Below are positions 18,447 through 27,952 of a DNA stretch of 64,000 bases, one piece after another; position 1 is the stretch's first letter, and each line of letters begins with the position of its first letter. The stretch is taken from positions 288,001 to 352,000 of the forward strand of contig JAHQWG010000016.1 of the NCBI GenBank assembly GCA_029856045.1, given 5' to 3'. The DNA is from Promethearchaeia archaeon. GTDB lineage: Archaea; Asgardarchaeota; Lokiarchaeia; Sigyniarchaeales; SOKP01. The notes under the pieces are model-generated. The model searched no databases. It was not told the DNA's origin and saw nothing but the letters and a program-made list of their open reading frames with translations. The translations under genes and the position numbers were made by a program.

Positions 18447-20213
18447 ATGACTGGAAATACAAAATCAGTAAAGGTAATACATGATTCTCAGAGGAAAGTT
18501 CTAGAAATAGTATCATTATTACGAGTGATGAATAATTACTATGGAAAAAAGAAGGATATTCAAAAGAAAATGAAACCAATTGTTTTAAAAAGATTTAAAA
18601 AGAGTATAAAAGAATTAAAAGAAAATTCAGATTGGTTATTTTCTGTTCCGAGCACATTAGACTCTTTAAATATAGAATTTATGAAAAAAAATGATGCTTT
18701 TCGATTTCCCGATGCAATCCATTTGTTTGAGGCATGGATGAATCTTGGGATGGATGCTGTTTTTCCAAGAGTTGCATTTAACTTTGATTTTCCAGGGGTA
18801 TTACCAAATGAAAGAAAAAGGTCTGTATTTCAGTTTATTTACAATTTTTCTCGTGGTTTTGGTTTTCCAATCATTTTTAATCCCACATTTTATGAACATA
18901 ATATAGGTTTATTGAGATTTCTTAATCCATTATTAAAATGGGGTTATACTGTTTTTCACAAAGTAAATCAAGCAAATTCTCTTGTTGAAAAACGTTTCAA
19001 TTTAAATAGACATCATCCTGGAGAATTTGAATCTGTGATGATTTCAGAATTTAAAGATGGATTTAAAGGAGTTGACACACTTTTACATGGATATAAAATA
19101 AAAAAACCAAAATTAATCGGAAATTATGATGATTTAAATCAAGCCTTAGAAAATGTTGTATTTTCTTATTCAATAGGAGATCATGCAATGAGTATTATAA
19201 AATATAGAGGACAAGAAGTTAAAGAAATCCCACTTATTGATAATGATTTTATTAAAAAAAAATATGATATTGATTTTTACCCTTATATCAAAAAATTAAT
19301 CTCAACTAATAACGCTATTACTCAAAGAATTAAAGAATTAAGAAAGGAAATCACAGAAAAATTAAAGGAATTTTCACTTATTGATAAAATAAGATTTAGA
19401 TTAAGGAAAGGTAAAGTTATTCCTTTATCTAAAGACGTGCAAAAAGTTAAAGATATTGAGTTAAAAAAAAATATCTTAGATAAAATTAGACAAAAATTAT
19501 GGACTACTCCATTATATACTCATACAGTTCATTCACCTAAACAATATAAGCTCAGTTACACTCAGGAGGAAAATGATTTAGATGAATTAGAACAAGAAGA
19601 ATCTGATTCAATCTTGTTAAAATTAGTAAGAAAATATGGAAAAAAATATAAAATCGAGTTCAATGAAGAAAATATCATTAAAAAGCTTGAGGAATTAAGA
19701 GATGACATGGCAAAGATGTGGCTATATTTTAAAGAAAGACATCTTAATTATGCAAAAAGAAAAATGATAAAAATTACTTCAATTTCCGTTAATGATTCTA
19801 ATTATAGAGAAAAAATTTTAAAATTAGTAGATGAATTAATACCAATTATAACAATTCATGAGATTTTTATACGACCTTTATCAGATTCTGTTTATCCCGA
19901 ATCCATTCCACAAACTCAAAAAATGTGGTCTTATCTCGCAACATTCTTAAGTTCTAAGTATAATTTAATGGGTGTTAACTTAATAAAAACCTTCAATCGA
20001 ATAGCATATTATAGATGGGCTTATTTTTTCAAAAAGAAAAATATGAAATTTGAACATTTTTTTGATTATTTCGTAAAAATACCAATTTGGGAAAATATCC
20101 CAGATGAAATTATGAATTGTTTTAAATCTTATCCAAATGAAAAGATTATCTTCGTTAAAAGCCCAAAACAATCAATAAGAAATAGAGTTTCTAAATTAAA
20201 AGAAAAATTTTAA
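18447..20213 (+). CDS. Hypothetical protein (588 aa), no recognisable family
   Basis: Long ORF with typical composition; mixed alpha/beta N-terminal half and helical C-terminal half. Confidence 0.8.
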   Translation: MTGNTKSVKVIHDSQRKVLEIVSLLRVMNNYYGKKKDIQKKMKPIVLKRFKKSIKELKENSDWLFSVPSTLDSLNIEFMKKNDAFRFPDAIHLFEAWMNLGMDAVFPRVAFNFDFPGVLPNERKRSVFQFIYNFSRGFGFPIIFNPTFYEHNIGLLRFLNPLLKWGYTVFHKVNQANSLVEKRFNLNRHHPGEFESVMISEFKDGFKGVDTLLHGYKIKKPKLIGNYDDLNQALENVVFSYSIGDHAMSIIKYRGQEVKEIPLIDNDFIKKKYDIDFYPYIKKLISTNNAITQRIKELRKEITEKLKEFSLIDKIRFRLRKGKVIPLSKDVQKVKDIELKKNILDKIRQKLWTTPLYTHTVHSPKQYKLSYTQEENDLDELEQEESDSILLKLVRKYGKKYKIEFNEENIIKKLEELRDDMAKMWLYFKERHLNYAKRKMIKITSISVNDSNYREKILKLVDELIPIITIHEIFIRPLSDSVYPESIPQTQKMWSYLATFLSSKYNLMGVNLIKTFNRIAYYRWAYFFKKKNMKFEHFFDYFVKIPIWENIPDEIMNCFKSYPNEKIIFVKSPKQSIRNRVSKLKEKF

Positions 20214-20217
20214 AAGA

Positions 20218-20949
20218 TTACCACTCTAGGAATCCTGGGTCATCAAATACCTCTTCAAGCGTTTTATCTTTTGCTAACTTTTCTTCTCCTTCTATTTCTT
20301 CTTTAAAATCAACACCATAATCTTCTTGTTTTATTTTTTCACGTAATTCTCTTTCTAAAAGTATAAAGTGTGCTGCCTCATCTCTCCATTTATTAGATTC
20401 TTCTAGTAATTCTTTCTCTCCTGTTGAAATATATTCCTTAGATAATTCTGCCGCTTTCATTTTTGTAATATCTGATAGAAGTGAATAAGTTAAAGCTAAT
20501 TCACTCCAGTTTTTCTCTTTTTCATGTTCTTTTATATTTCCCTTTAAACGATGATATTCTTGATCTTTAAAATATAAATCAATAAATGATCCATAAAAAT
20601 CTACAGCAGCTTCAATAGAACGGGCTAAAACCTCTTTTTGTAATCCGCAAGTTCCGCATTTAACTTCAACCAAATTGACAATTTTATCCTTTAATTCAAC
20701 TTTCTTTATTTTTCCGCCACAAATAGAGCAGTTTTTTACATTTTCTCCGTTTATATCATATAAATCATTTGCTGAGCGTAAGTACACCTCCCATTCTAGC
20801 CCACAATCAACACATTTTATAGAATATGCAATTAGTTTGATCTTCTTCTCTATTTTAACTGATTTAGCCCCGCACTCAGGGCATGTAAAAATTTTTGGCA
20901 GTTTGCGGATTTTTCGATAAACCTTCTTTCTTTTCTTCCTTCGACCCAT
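20218..20949 (-). CDS. elf1: Transcription elongation factor Elf1-like protein with inserted Zn ribbon and C-terminal helical extension
   Basis: MGRRKKRKK..KLPKIFTCPECG..VKCGTCGL..AAVDFYGSFID. Confidence 0.8.
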   Translation of the reverse strand: MGRRKKRKKVYRKIRKLPKIFTCPECGAKSVKIEKKIKLIAYSIKCVDCGLEWEVYLRSANDLYDINGENVKNCSICGGKIKKVELKDKIVNLVEVKCGTCGLQKEVLARSIEAAVDFYGSFIDLYFKDQEYHRLKGNIKEHEKEKNWSELALTYSLLSDITKMKAAELSKEYISTGEKELLEESNKWRDEAAHFILLERELREKIKQEDYGVDFKEEIEGEEKLAKDKTLEEVFDDPGFLEW

Positions 20950-21167
20950 AAAATTTCCCGTCTTTGTAATATTTGTTATTTTTCTTTTAATTTTTAATAA
21001 TTTTTAAGAGTAAAAAATTTTTCTCTTTTTAATTTACCCATTTCCCGTAAAACAGAAAAATTTTTATGTTATGGTATAATAATTTTATTATCTCTTTTTA
21101 ATTATCTTATTGGAATAGATTACATTGATTAGATCATATCATTTAATACCATATAAATTAAAGTAGG

Positions 21168-22274
21168 TTGGAAGAAATGGAACAGCATAAGCAATTATCC
21201 ATTGAATTAGATAAAAATCTTATAAATAAAGTATTTGAAAATGTAGAGATGCGCTATATTCTATTATATCTTTACATAGTTCGAAATGATATGTTAAAAA
21301 ATTTATCAGATGAATCTTGGCTCCATTCATTTAAAAGATTAATGAATTTGGATGAAATTCTCAAAAGCGATTTGGAATTATATTCAAATAAAGAACTGAC
21401 CGAAATATTAATAGATTTAGGAATAATTAAAAATTTAAGATCTTTAAAAGAACTGGAAAAGAAAGAAGATGATTTTTTAATTAAAACTTTAGAACCAATA
21501 AGAATCGAAGATAATAAGATAATTGTTCCAGAAAATACATTATTTCCTATTATCTCAAAAAAATTTCCATTTCTAACAAAACGAAATTTTCACTATGCCA
21601 TCTCAAGGTTAAAAGGTATAATGTGCGAAAATAGCGATGTAATTCATCCTTTTCTATTTGAAATTGGTAAGGAAAATTATTTATTAGCAGACGATCTATA
21701 TGAAATTTTAGATGATTTAGGAAATCCATATCAAACAATAAAGGTCGAAATCACTATTAGTGAATTTTATAACAGGTTTAAAGAATTATTAGAAAAAGTC
21801 TCGATTTTCTTAGAACTATATGATCCTTTATTAAATAAAAAATCAAATCTCAGAATTATCAAAGAGGCAATAGACAATAATAAAGTCATTCTTGAATTTA
21901 TGCAAGAAAAGGTAAAAAAATTGCCTGCTAAATTTGATCTGGAGGATGTAGTAGATAAAGAAAATGAAATTTTTAAAAAATGGCATTCTATACTTATAAA
22001 TTTACTTAAAAAACGGAATAGATTAAATGAAATTGATGAAGAATTAAGTAAAATTAAAAATTACTATTCTGGAAAGGGAAAAAAATATACCTATTTAGAA
22101 TTTATTACTAAAATATCATACAATGAAGATAATATCTTAAACCAAATTAAAGATAGACTGATAGAATTAAGAGAAGAATTAGTAAATATCAAAAAAGAAG
22201 TATCTAAATTTGAAAAAAATGAAATAAAACTGCTTAATTTAGATTATGAACGATTTAGAATTATAAATGAATAA
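21168..22274 (+). CDS. Hypothetical protein, winged-helix-like N-terminal/middle part plus C-terminal coiled coil
   Basis: ENTLFPIISKKFPFLTKRNFHYAISRL..ENYLLAD wHTH-like segment; heptad-rich C-terminus; first gene of a tight operon. Confidence 0.7.
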   Translation: MEEMEQHKQLSIELDKNLINKVFENVEMRYILLYLYIVRNDMLKNLSDESWLHSFKRLMNLDEILKSDLELYSNKELTEILIDLGIIKNLRSLKELEKKEDDFLIKTLEPIRIEDNKIIVPENTLFPIISKKFPFLTKRNFHYAISRLKGIMCENSDVIHPFLFEIGKENYLLADDLYEILDDLGNPYQTIKVEITISEFYNRFKELLEKVSIFLELYDPLLNKKSNLRIIKEAIDNNKVILEFMQEKVKKLPAKFDLEDVVDKENEIFKKWHSILINLLKKRNRLNEIDEELSKIKNYYSGKGKKYTYLEFITKISYNEDNILNQIKDRLIELREELVNIKKEVSKFEKNEIKLLNLDYERFRIINE

Positions 22275-22290
22275 ATAAGGAAGGTGCCCG

Positions 22291-23262
22291 ATTATTAACT
22301 GCCCTGTATGTAACGTTGAGATGGAACAACTCGTTCAAGAAATATTTCAATGTCCAAAGTGTAAAAAAATTATTAAAGGACAGATTAAAGAAATTAAAAA
22401 AAAGAAAGAAGTTGCTGTTGGAGAAATTCAAGAAGGAGATTATTTTCATAACAACGCTAGTTTAAATAAGAAATATGAAATTTGTGAAAAAGGAATTACA
22501 ATATCTAAATCTCCAAATAGGTGGGTGGCAGCATTACTCTGTCATAGCTCCTATTTAAGCAGCTCTAAATATATCAGACTTAGTTGGTGGAAAAAGGAAA
22601 TAAATACACATGCAGGCTTTTTCAAAATAACTGAATCTATAGTATTGGATAATTTAATCAAATCCTTAAAAAAAATAAATTCTTCATTTGATGAGTATTG
22701 GGGTAATTTTAAAGGATTTGAAAAAAAAAAAATAGAAACAGAAGAAAAAGCAATTCAAAATGAGCGTCTAAAAATTCTAAAGTATAGAATTCTCGAAAAT
22801 AAAATTTGCCCGAATTGTAGTAAAAAATTATCATTAAGTAAAAGAAAAACACATTATGAATGTGAACACTGTGGCGAGATCATCATCTTGGAATCTCATA
22901 ATGAACCTATTTTTAATATTGATCCTAAAGATCTCTCATTAGAATTCTCAACAAATTTTCCTATCAACTTTTACCTCCCCGTAGCGGGTATTACTATAGA
23001 ATGGTTAATGAGTTTATGGAAAGCTATAGTTGTTATATATTCAAAAGATAACCCCAATAAGAAATGGTTAAGATTCTATGCTTGGGAAAGGAATTTGCAA
23101 CAACTGCTAAAATACGGATATTATGAAGCCGGTGATGGAGGACAATTATCTTGGACTACAAAAAAAGGAACAGGCTCACCTAATATTTTTGATAAATCAG
23201 AAGTCCCTATTCTAATAGATGCTCTAAAAAAGCTTCAGAAAGAAATAGGTTGGGTTAAATAA
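22291..23262 (+). CDS. Two Zn ribbons alternating with two PC4/PUR-like repeats; start probably ATT at 22291
   Basis: CPVC (upstream of the ATG)..CPKC; CPNC..CEHC; internal repeat GITI-x5-W-x-A...K-x2-R-x3-W. Confidence 0.7.
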   Translation: MINCPVCNVEMEQLVQEIFQCPKCKKIIKGQIKEIKKKKEVAVGEIQEGDYFHNNASLNKKYEICEKGITISKSPNRWVAALLCHSSYLSSSKYIRLSWWKKEINTHAGFFKITESIVLDNLIKSLKKINSSFDEYWGNFKGFEKKKIETEEKAIQNERLKILKYRILENKICPNCSKKLSLSKRKTHYECEHCGEIIILESHNEPIFNIDPKDLSLEFSTNFPINFYLPVAGITIEWLMSLWKAIVVIYSKDNPNKKWLRFYAWERNLQQLLKYGYYEAGDGGQLSWTTKKGTGSPNIFDKSEVPILIDALKKLQKEIGWVK

Positions 23263-23302
23263 GATATAAATTTATACAAAAGATTATGATGTGATTGAAT
23301 AA

Positions 23303-24445
23303 ATGAGTGGAATCGATAATCTTGAATGGGAAAAATTGTTGACTGAATTCTCTAAAAATGTTGATAAATCTCTCAAGAAACTTGAAGAAAGAGATATTGA
23401 TAATATTCCTGGTGCTAAACAAGCCTTGGTTGAGAGATTACGAGTTATGAGAGATTATTTTCCACAAAATAACGGAGATCTCTTTATAAAATCAATTAAT
23501 GAGAAAATTCAAAATGCATTTTTCCCAAAAACCAAAGATCTAGCTGAAGCATTTGAGCTAATTTTAAAGTCACGCTCTCATGATCAAGATTTTATAATAA
23601 ATGAATTAATTAATGGTTTTATATCATCAAGAAGCAAAACAATTGCTTTAAATGTTCAAGGAACTGTTATTGATAGAATGGTTGAGGCATTTAGTAAAGG
23701 ACCGGATTTTCAAATTGTAGATCATCAATTCTATGCAATGTTTTCCGACCCCAATAAAGCACGCAAATATGTAAAAGAAAGTTTGCAAGACCTTGTGGAT
23801 TTATTTGGTTTAGAAGCGAAAGAATTAATTGTTGAAAAAGATAAAAGGAAAAGCGAGCGAAAAGTTTATACTTTTTACACGTTTCCCGAAAAAATATTAG
23901 AAATTTTAGAAGGTGAATATGTTGATACTGATGATGTACTCGGAGAAAAAAGGGTTTCAGAAAAATTCGATAAAACAGTTTTCATATCTTTGTTTTTAGC
24001 CAATATATCAGTTCACAGAGATGATTTAAAGAAAATAGGTGGAGTATATACTATAAACGGCATCTGTAGCATATTTAGTTTAATTCTTTTGATCTCGCTT
24101 ATGCCTAAATTGGAGGTAAATGAGACCAATCCAGTCTTAAGAGACCCAACTTATAACCCTGAGACAATGAGTATTATTCCAAAATCATGGATGATGAAGG
24201 AAATTCTGTTGGATTTATTGGAACCCCTAATAAATATTGTAGCATATAGATTGGGTGGCGGAGAATGGTTAAAATCGGTTGAAACCTCTGAGGTTAAAAA
24301 AAAGATACACAATCAAATACGGTTTCTTATCAAAGACGTAAATAAATGGGTATACGGACAGTTAACAAGAGTGGAAATTCCCATATTCATTGAAATCTCC
24401 AATATTTTCGCTGAGGTATTGATTGACTATTCTACAGGGGAGTAA
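23303..24445 (+). CDS. Hypothetical protein (380 aa, mostly helical)
   Basis: Long ORF inside the operon; GATGTGA SD-like motif upstream. Confidence 0.75.
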   Translation: MSGIDNLEWEKLLTEFSKNVDKSLKKLEERDIDNIPGAKQALVERLRVMRDYFPQNNGDLFIKSINEKIQNAFFPKTKDLAEAFELILKSRSHDQDFIINELINGFISSRSKTIALNVQGTVIDRMVEAFSKGPDFQIVDHQFYAMFSDPNKARKYVKESLQDLVDLFGLEAKELIVEKDKRKSERKVYTFYTFPEKILEILEGEYVDTDDVLGEKRVSEKFDKTVFISLFLANISVHRDDLKKIGGVYTINGICSIFSLILLISLMPKLEVNETNPVLRDPTYNPETMSIIPKSWMMKEILLDLLEPLINIVAYRLGGGEWLKSVETSEVKKKIHNQIRFLIKDVNKWVYGQLTRVEIPIFIEISNIFAEVLIDYSTGE

Positions 24446-24471
24446 AATTAAATACTTAGGGGGAAATTAAT

Positions 24472-25740
24472 ATGGTTAGAGAAAGATGGACAGACATTTT
24501 AGCTAGATACTTAACATATTTAAGTCATCTGGTTCCAATTCTCAAAGAAACAAAGAAAACTGTCCAAAATATGAGTTTGGAAGTGATGATGGACGTAAAG
24601 ATTTTTGATAAGATTAAAATGGACGAAGAAAAACGATTAGTGAAGAAAGTGAGGGCTTTATCCGAATTCTCGGCATATTATAGAGGTGAAGTATTTGAAA
24701 ATATAAAAAATTTTATATACAAATATGCTGAGGATTTAGAACCTATAGATATTAAAGATTATCTAATTGAATTTTTTGATGAATGCATAAGTGCTTTAGA
24801 AATATTAATGAATGTTACAAACCCAGATCAAAAAAAATTAAATTCCACATATTTATATCTTCTTTACAAATATTTAGAAGATCTTTTATTACCTATAGGT
24901 AAAAATTTTGAAGAAATTTACATGAAGTTGAATAAAACATCAAAAAATTGGCATGAATGTCAAAGGTATATGATGATTCCTCATACATATTATAGGGAAA
25001 CTGTGGATAACCCCGATTTCTTCGAAATTCCCGGTATTTCTCCAAAATTATACCAAATAATTAATAATATAACCTCTTTATACAACTTGGATCCTAATTA
25101 TTATCCGTGTCCTGAAGATTCTAACATAGAAATTCCAGTAGTCTTGATTGAAGATGTTTTTGAAGCATTTATTGATAATATTGCTCATGAAGAGCAAGAA
25201 GCAGTTGAAAAAATTTGTGAACGTTTAGGATTAAGAGTTCTAGATGGGATTTTTCTTGCTCCCAAGTATGATTTTATAGATGTTCTAATTAAACTTGATT
25301 TCCTTAGAGAGAATAAACAATCTGATGGCAAGATTAGATTAATACCTCAATTCAGTAATGAAACTTTAATTTTAAGTTATCTAGCGTTCGTTTCTTTCCG
25401 TCGAGGTTTTTTATCTAAAGAATTAATTAATTGGATTTCTATGACATTTGCGTTCATTATTTTTTCAACGATTTTAAAATCTCAATTAAGTGATCATAAT
25501 ATTTTCTATCCTATTTTTACTGGTTTGAAAACTCAAGAAAAAGTAATACCTTATATGATGAAACTTCTATGCTTTAATAATTATTTGAAATTAGATAGGA
25601 TGAAAATACGAGATTCTGTCCAGTACAGAAAAGAAATTTTTAATTTTGCAGGATCTAGCATAGATTGCATTAAGCAATTAATTTTAGATTTAAGTGAATA
25701 TTTAAAAGAAATAAAAAAAAAAAAAAAAGAAGGGGTGTAA
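24472..25740 (+). CDS. Hypothetical protein (422 aa, helical)
   Basis: Long ORF, AGGGGGA SD; ends in an A16 tract (KKKKKEGV*). Confidence 0.75.
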   Translation: MVRERWTDILARYLTYLSHLVPILKETKKTVQNMSLEVMMDVKIFDKIKMDEEKRLVKKVRALSEFSAYYRGEVFENIKNFIYKYAEDLEPIDIKDYLIEFFDECISALEILMNVTNPDQKKLNSTYLYLLYKYLEDLLLPIGKNFEEIYMKLNKTSKNWHECQRYMMIPHTYYRETVDNPDFFEIPGISPKLYQIINNITSLYNLDPNYYPCPEDSNIEIPVVLIEDVFEAFIDNIAHEEQEAVEKICERLGLRVLDGIFLAPKYDFIDVLIKLDFLRENKQSDGKIRLIPQFSNETLILSYLAFVSFRRGFLSKELINWISMTFAFIIFSTILKSQLSDHNIFYPIFTGLKTQEKVIPYMMKLLCFNNYLKLDRMKIRDSVQYRKEIFNFAGSSIDCIKQLILDLSEYLKEIKKKKKEGV

Positions 25741-25746
25741 GAAAAA

Positions 25747-26823
25747 ATTACATATTCAGATGATGAAATTAAAGAAAGGCTTGATAAGTATGGAACGGTT
25801 TATTTACCAAATGAAATTATAGAGAATGTTGATGATATTTTAGGAAATGAGATTCTAAAGGAAAGGCTTGAAGATTTTTTCAGTTCCTTAAAAAAATATA
25901 GTGAAGTTGTTGAAAAATTAAAAAAGACTAAATTAGTCCCAAATTTAACTGTCCTCCTATATGGACCACCTGGAACTGGAAAAACTTCTTTAGCTCGAGC
26001 ATTTGCAAAGGAATTTGATATCCCATTGTGTGTAGTAGAGTCTGACAGATTAGTTTCTGCATTATTAGGCGATACCGTTAAAAATATTAGAAAAGTTGTG
26101 GAATTATCAGCTCAGATTGCGGAAGAAAATGGAGCTTTTATATTGTTTTTTGATGAAATTGATGCAATTGCATCCGAAAGATCGAATATTCACGAAGTAG
26201 GCGAAATTAAAAGAGCTGTAATATCTTTCTTACAAATAATTGATAAAATAAACTACTTTGGAACACCATTAGCAATTTTAGGTGCTACTAACCATCAAGA
26301 CCAATTAGATTCTGCAATTTGGAGGAGATTCACATTTCATTTGAAATTTGATTTTCCTACATTTCATCTCAGGAAGAAAATAATTGAGGCTTTTATTAAT
26401 AAAATTAGTAACGCAAAAATTGGAGTAGATGATGTAATTCTTGTTAGTTTAAACAAAGAATATGCATTATTAAAATCTAAGGAAGAAAAATTAAAGCCTA
26501 TAGTAAGAAATGAAAAATATTCACAAGATTTGGATGAATTGTGGAATGATAAAAAAATTATCGAGAATAGAGGAATTTTATTTTTAACGCGTGGATACAC
26601 AGGTGCAGATTTAGAGCGTGGAGTGAGAGTTGCTCTGTTTAAAGCATTAAAAAATGACATTTTAACCTATGAAAATTTTACCCATTCCTTAGAATTAGTA
26701 GGAGGTACTAAAATCCATGTTGAACAACAATATTTTTTGAGTGTTTCTGAAAGGAAATCTTCCAGGGATAAAAAAATATCAAGAATAAACAACAACAATC
26801 TGGAAGGTCCTCGTGAAATTTAA
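25747..26823 (+). CDS. AAA+ ATPase (classic AAA clade, single module); start at ATT 25747
   Basis: Walker A YGPPGTGKT at 25960-25986 lies upstream of the ORF-track start; pore loop LVSALLGDT, Walker B ILFFDEID, GATNH, SRH LDSAIWRRF, GYTGADLE. Confidence 0.9.
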   Translation: MTYSDDEIKERLDKYGTVYLPNEIIENVDDILGNEILKERLEDFFSSLKKYSEVVEKLKKTKLVPNLTVLLYGPPGTGKTSLARAFAKEFDIPLCVVESDRLVSALLGDTVKNIRKVVELSAQIAEENGAFILFFDEIDAIASERSNIHEVGEIKRAVISFLQIIDKINYFGTPLAILGATNHQDQLDSAIWRRFTFHLKFDFPTFHLRKKIIEAFINKISNAKIGVDDVILVSLNKEYALLKSKEEKLKPIVRNEKYSQDLDELWNDKKIIENRGILFLTRGYTGADLERGVRVALFKALKNDILTYENFTHSLELVGGTKIHVEQQYFLSVSERKSSRDKKISRINNNNLEGPREI

Positions 26824-26884
26824 TAATTAATTTTTTTAAAAATCTCCTATTGATTATATAAAAATACAAGTAAAAAATCGAAAG

Positions 26885-27952
26885 ATGGAATCAGAGAACA
26901 TAATCTTTTCTGCAGAAAGAATAAAAGGATTAACTAATCCTATTGATAAAATTCGAGGAAAATTAAATTTAATTAATAAATTATATCTCAATTATAAAGA
27001 AACTCTAAAAAATTTACTTAAAAAACCCAATCTAATAGAGAATGATAGAATAAAATTCTTTAATGATTTAGATAACACATTAGAAGAAATATATTCAAAA
27101 TTATCCAAAAACTCTGAACTTAACTTAGAAAATTGGTTGTCAATTAAAGATTTACTTTTATCTGAATATATTCTTTCAATAAAAAACATTTTAACAGAAA
27201 AAAAAATTTCTCAAGATTCTCTTAAAAAAGTTGGTATTTCATTAATTAAAAACAAGAAAGTATCATCTTTTTTAGAAAAAACAAGTTTTATTTTTTCACT
27301 CGATGTTGATTTTTGGGAATCAATAGTTAATTCATTAAAAAATAACCCTGATTTTCTAAAAACCCTAAATAAAATAAAAAAATTTTGTCAAAATGAGAGG
27401 GAACGAATATTAAATATTGAACTAAATAAAATTCCTAAAAACATCGACTATAAAATTATCAATGAGTTTAAAAAAGAATTCAGAAAAAACAAAATTTCTT
27501 TTAAAGAATTCATGATAACTTCAGAATCCAGATTTCCTAAAACTAAATTTGCCACCCAAAAGATTACTTTAGACACAAAAAAGAAAAAGAATGAACTTGA
27601 TATATTAAAAGAAAAACAAGAGACACGATTCAAATCTTATGATAAATTATTTACTCTTTCCGAAGATGAATTTCAAAGATTAAAACGTAAAAAAAAAAGA
27701 AAAAAATTAGATTCTTTATCTAAATTAGAAAAAAAAGAATACCCTCCTGATGATAAAAAAAAGGAGAAGGACAAGAAAGAAGAATCAACCCAAACCACAA
27801 AACAAGATATATTTAGTAGAGATATAATAGAAAATAATGAAGCTGATATCGATCCTTTAGAAGTTATTAGAAAAAGAAAGCAAAAAAAGGAAGAAGAATT
27901 TGAAAAACACTTAAATAAAATTCAAAAAAAAAATAAAAGAGGTTCAAACTAA
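26885..27952 (+). CDS. Hypothetical helical protein with highly charged basic C-terminal tail
   Basis: Operon context; K/E-rich C-terminus (RLKRKKKRKK, RKRKQKK). Confidence 0.7.
   Translation: MESENIIFSAERIKGLTNPIDKIRGKLNLINKLYLNYKETLKNLLKKPNLIENDRIKFFNDLDNTLEEIYSKLSKNSELNLENWLSIKDLLLSEYILSIKNILTEKKISQDSLKKVGISLIKNKKVSSFLEKTSFIFSLDVDFWESIVNSLKNNPDFLKTLNKIKKFCQNERERILNIELNKIPKNIDYKIINEFKKEFRKNKISFKEFMITSESRFPKTKFATQKITLDTKKKKNELDILKEKQETRFKSYDKLFTLSEDEFQRLKRKKKRKKLDSLSKLEKKEYPPDDKKKEKDKKEESTQTTKQDIFSRDIIENNEADIDPLEVIRKRKQKKEEEFEKHLNKIQKKNKRGSN

Noticed and set aside
25713-25728. A16 tract as a programmed frameshift fusing the upstream gene to the AAA ATPase
   Set aside because: The two genes are already in the same frame, so a +/-1 shift would not join them.
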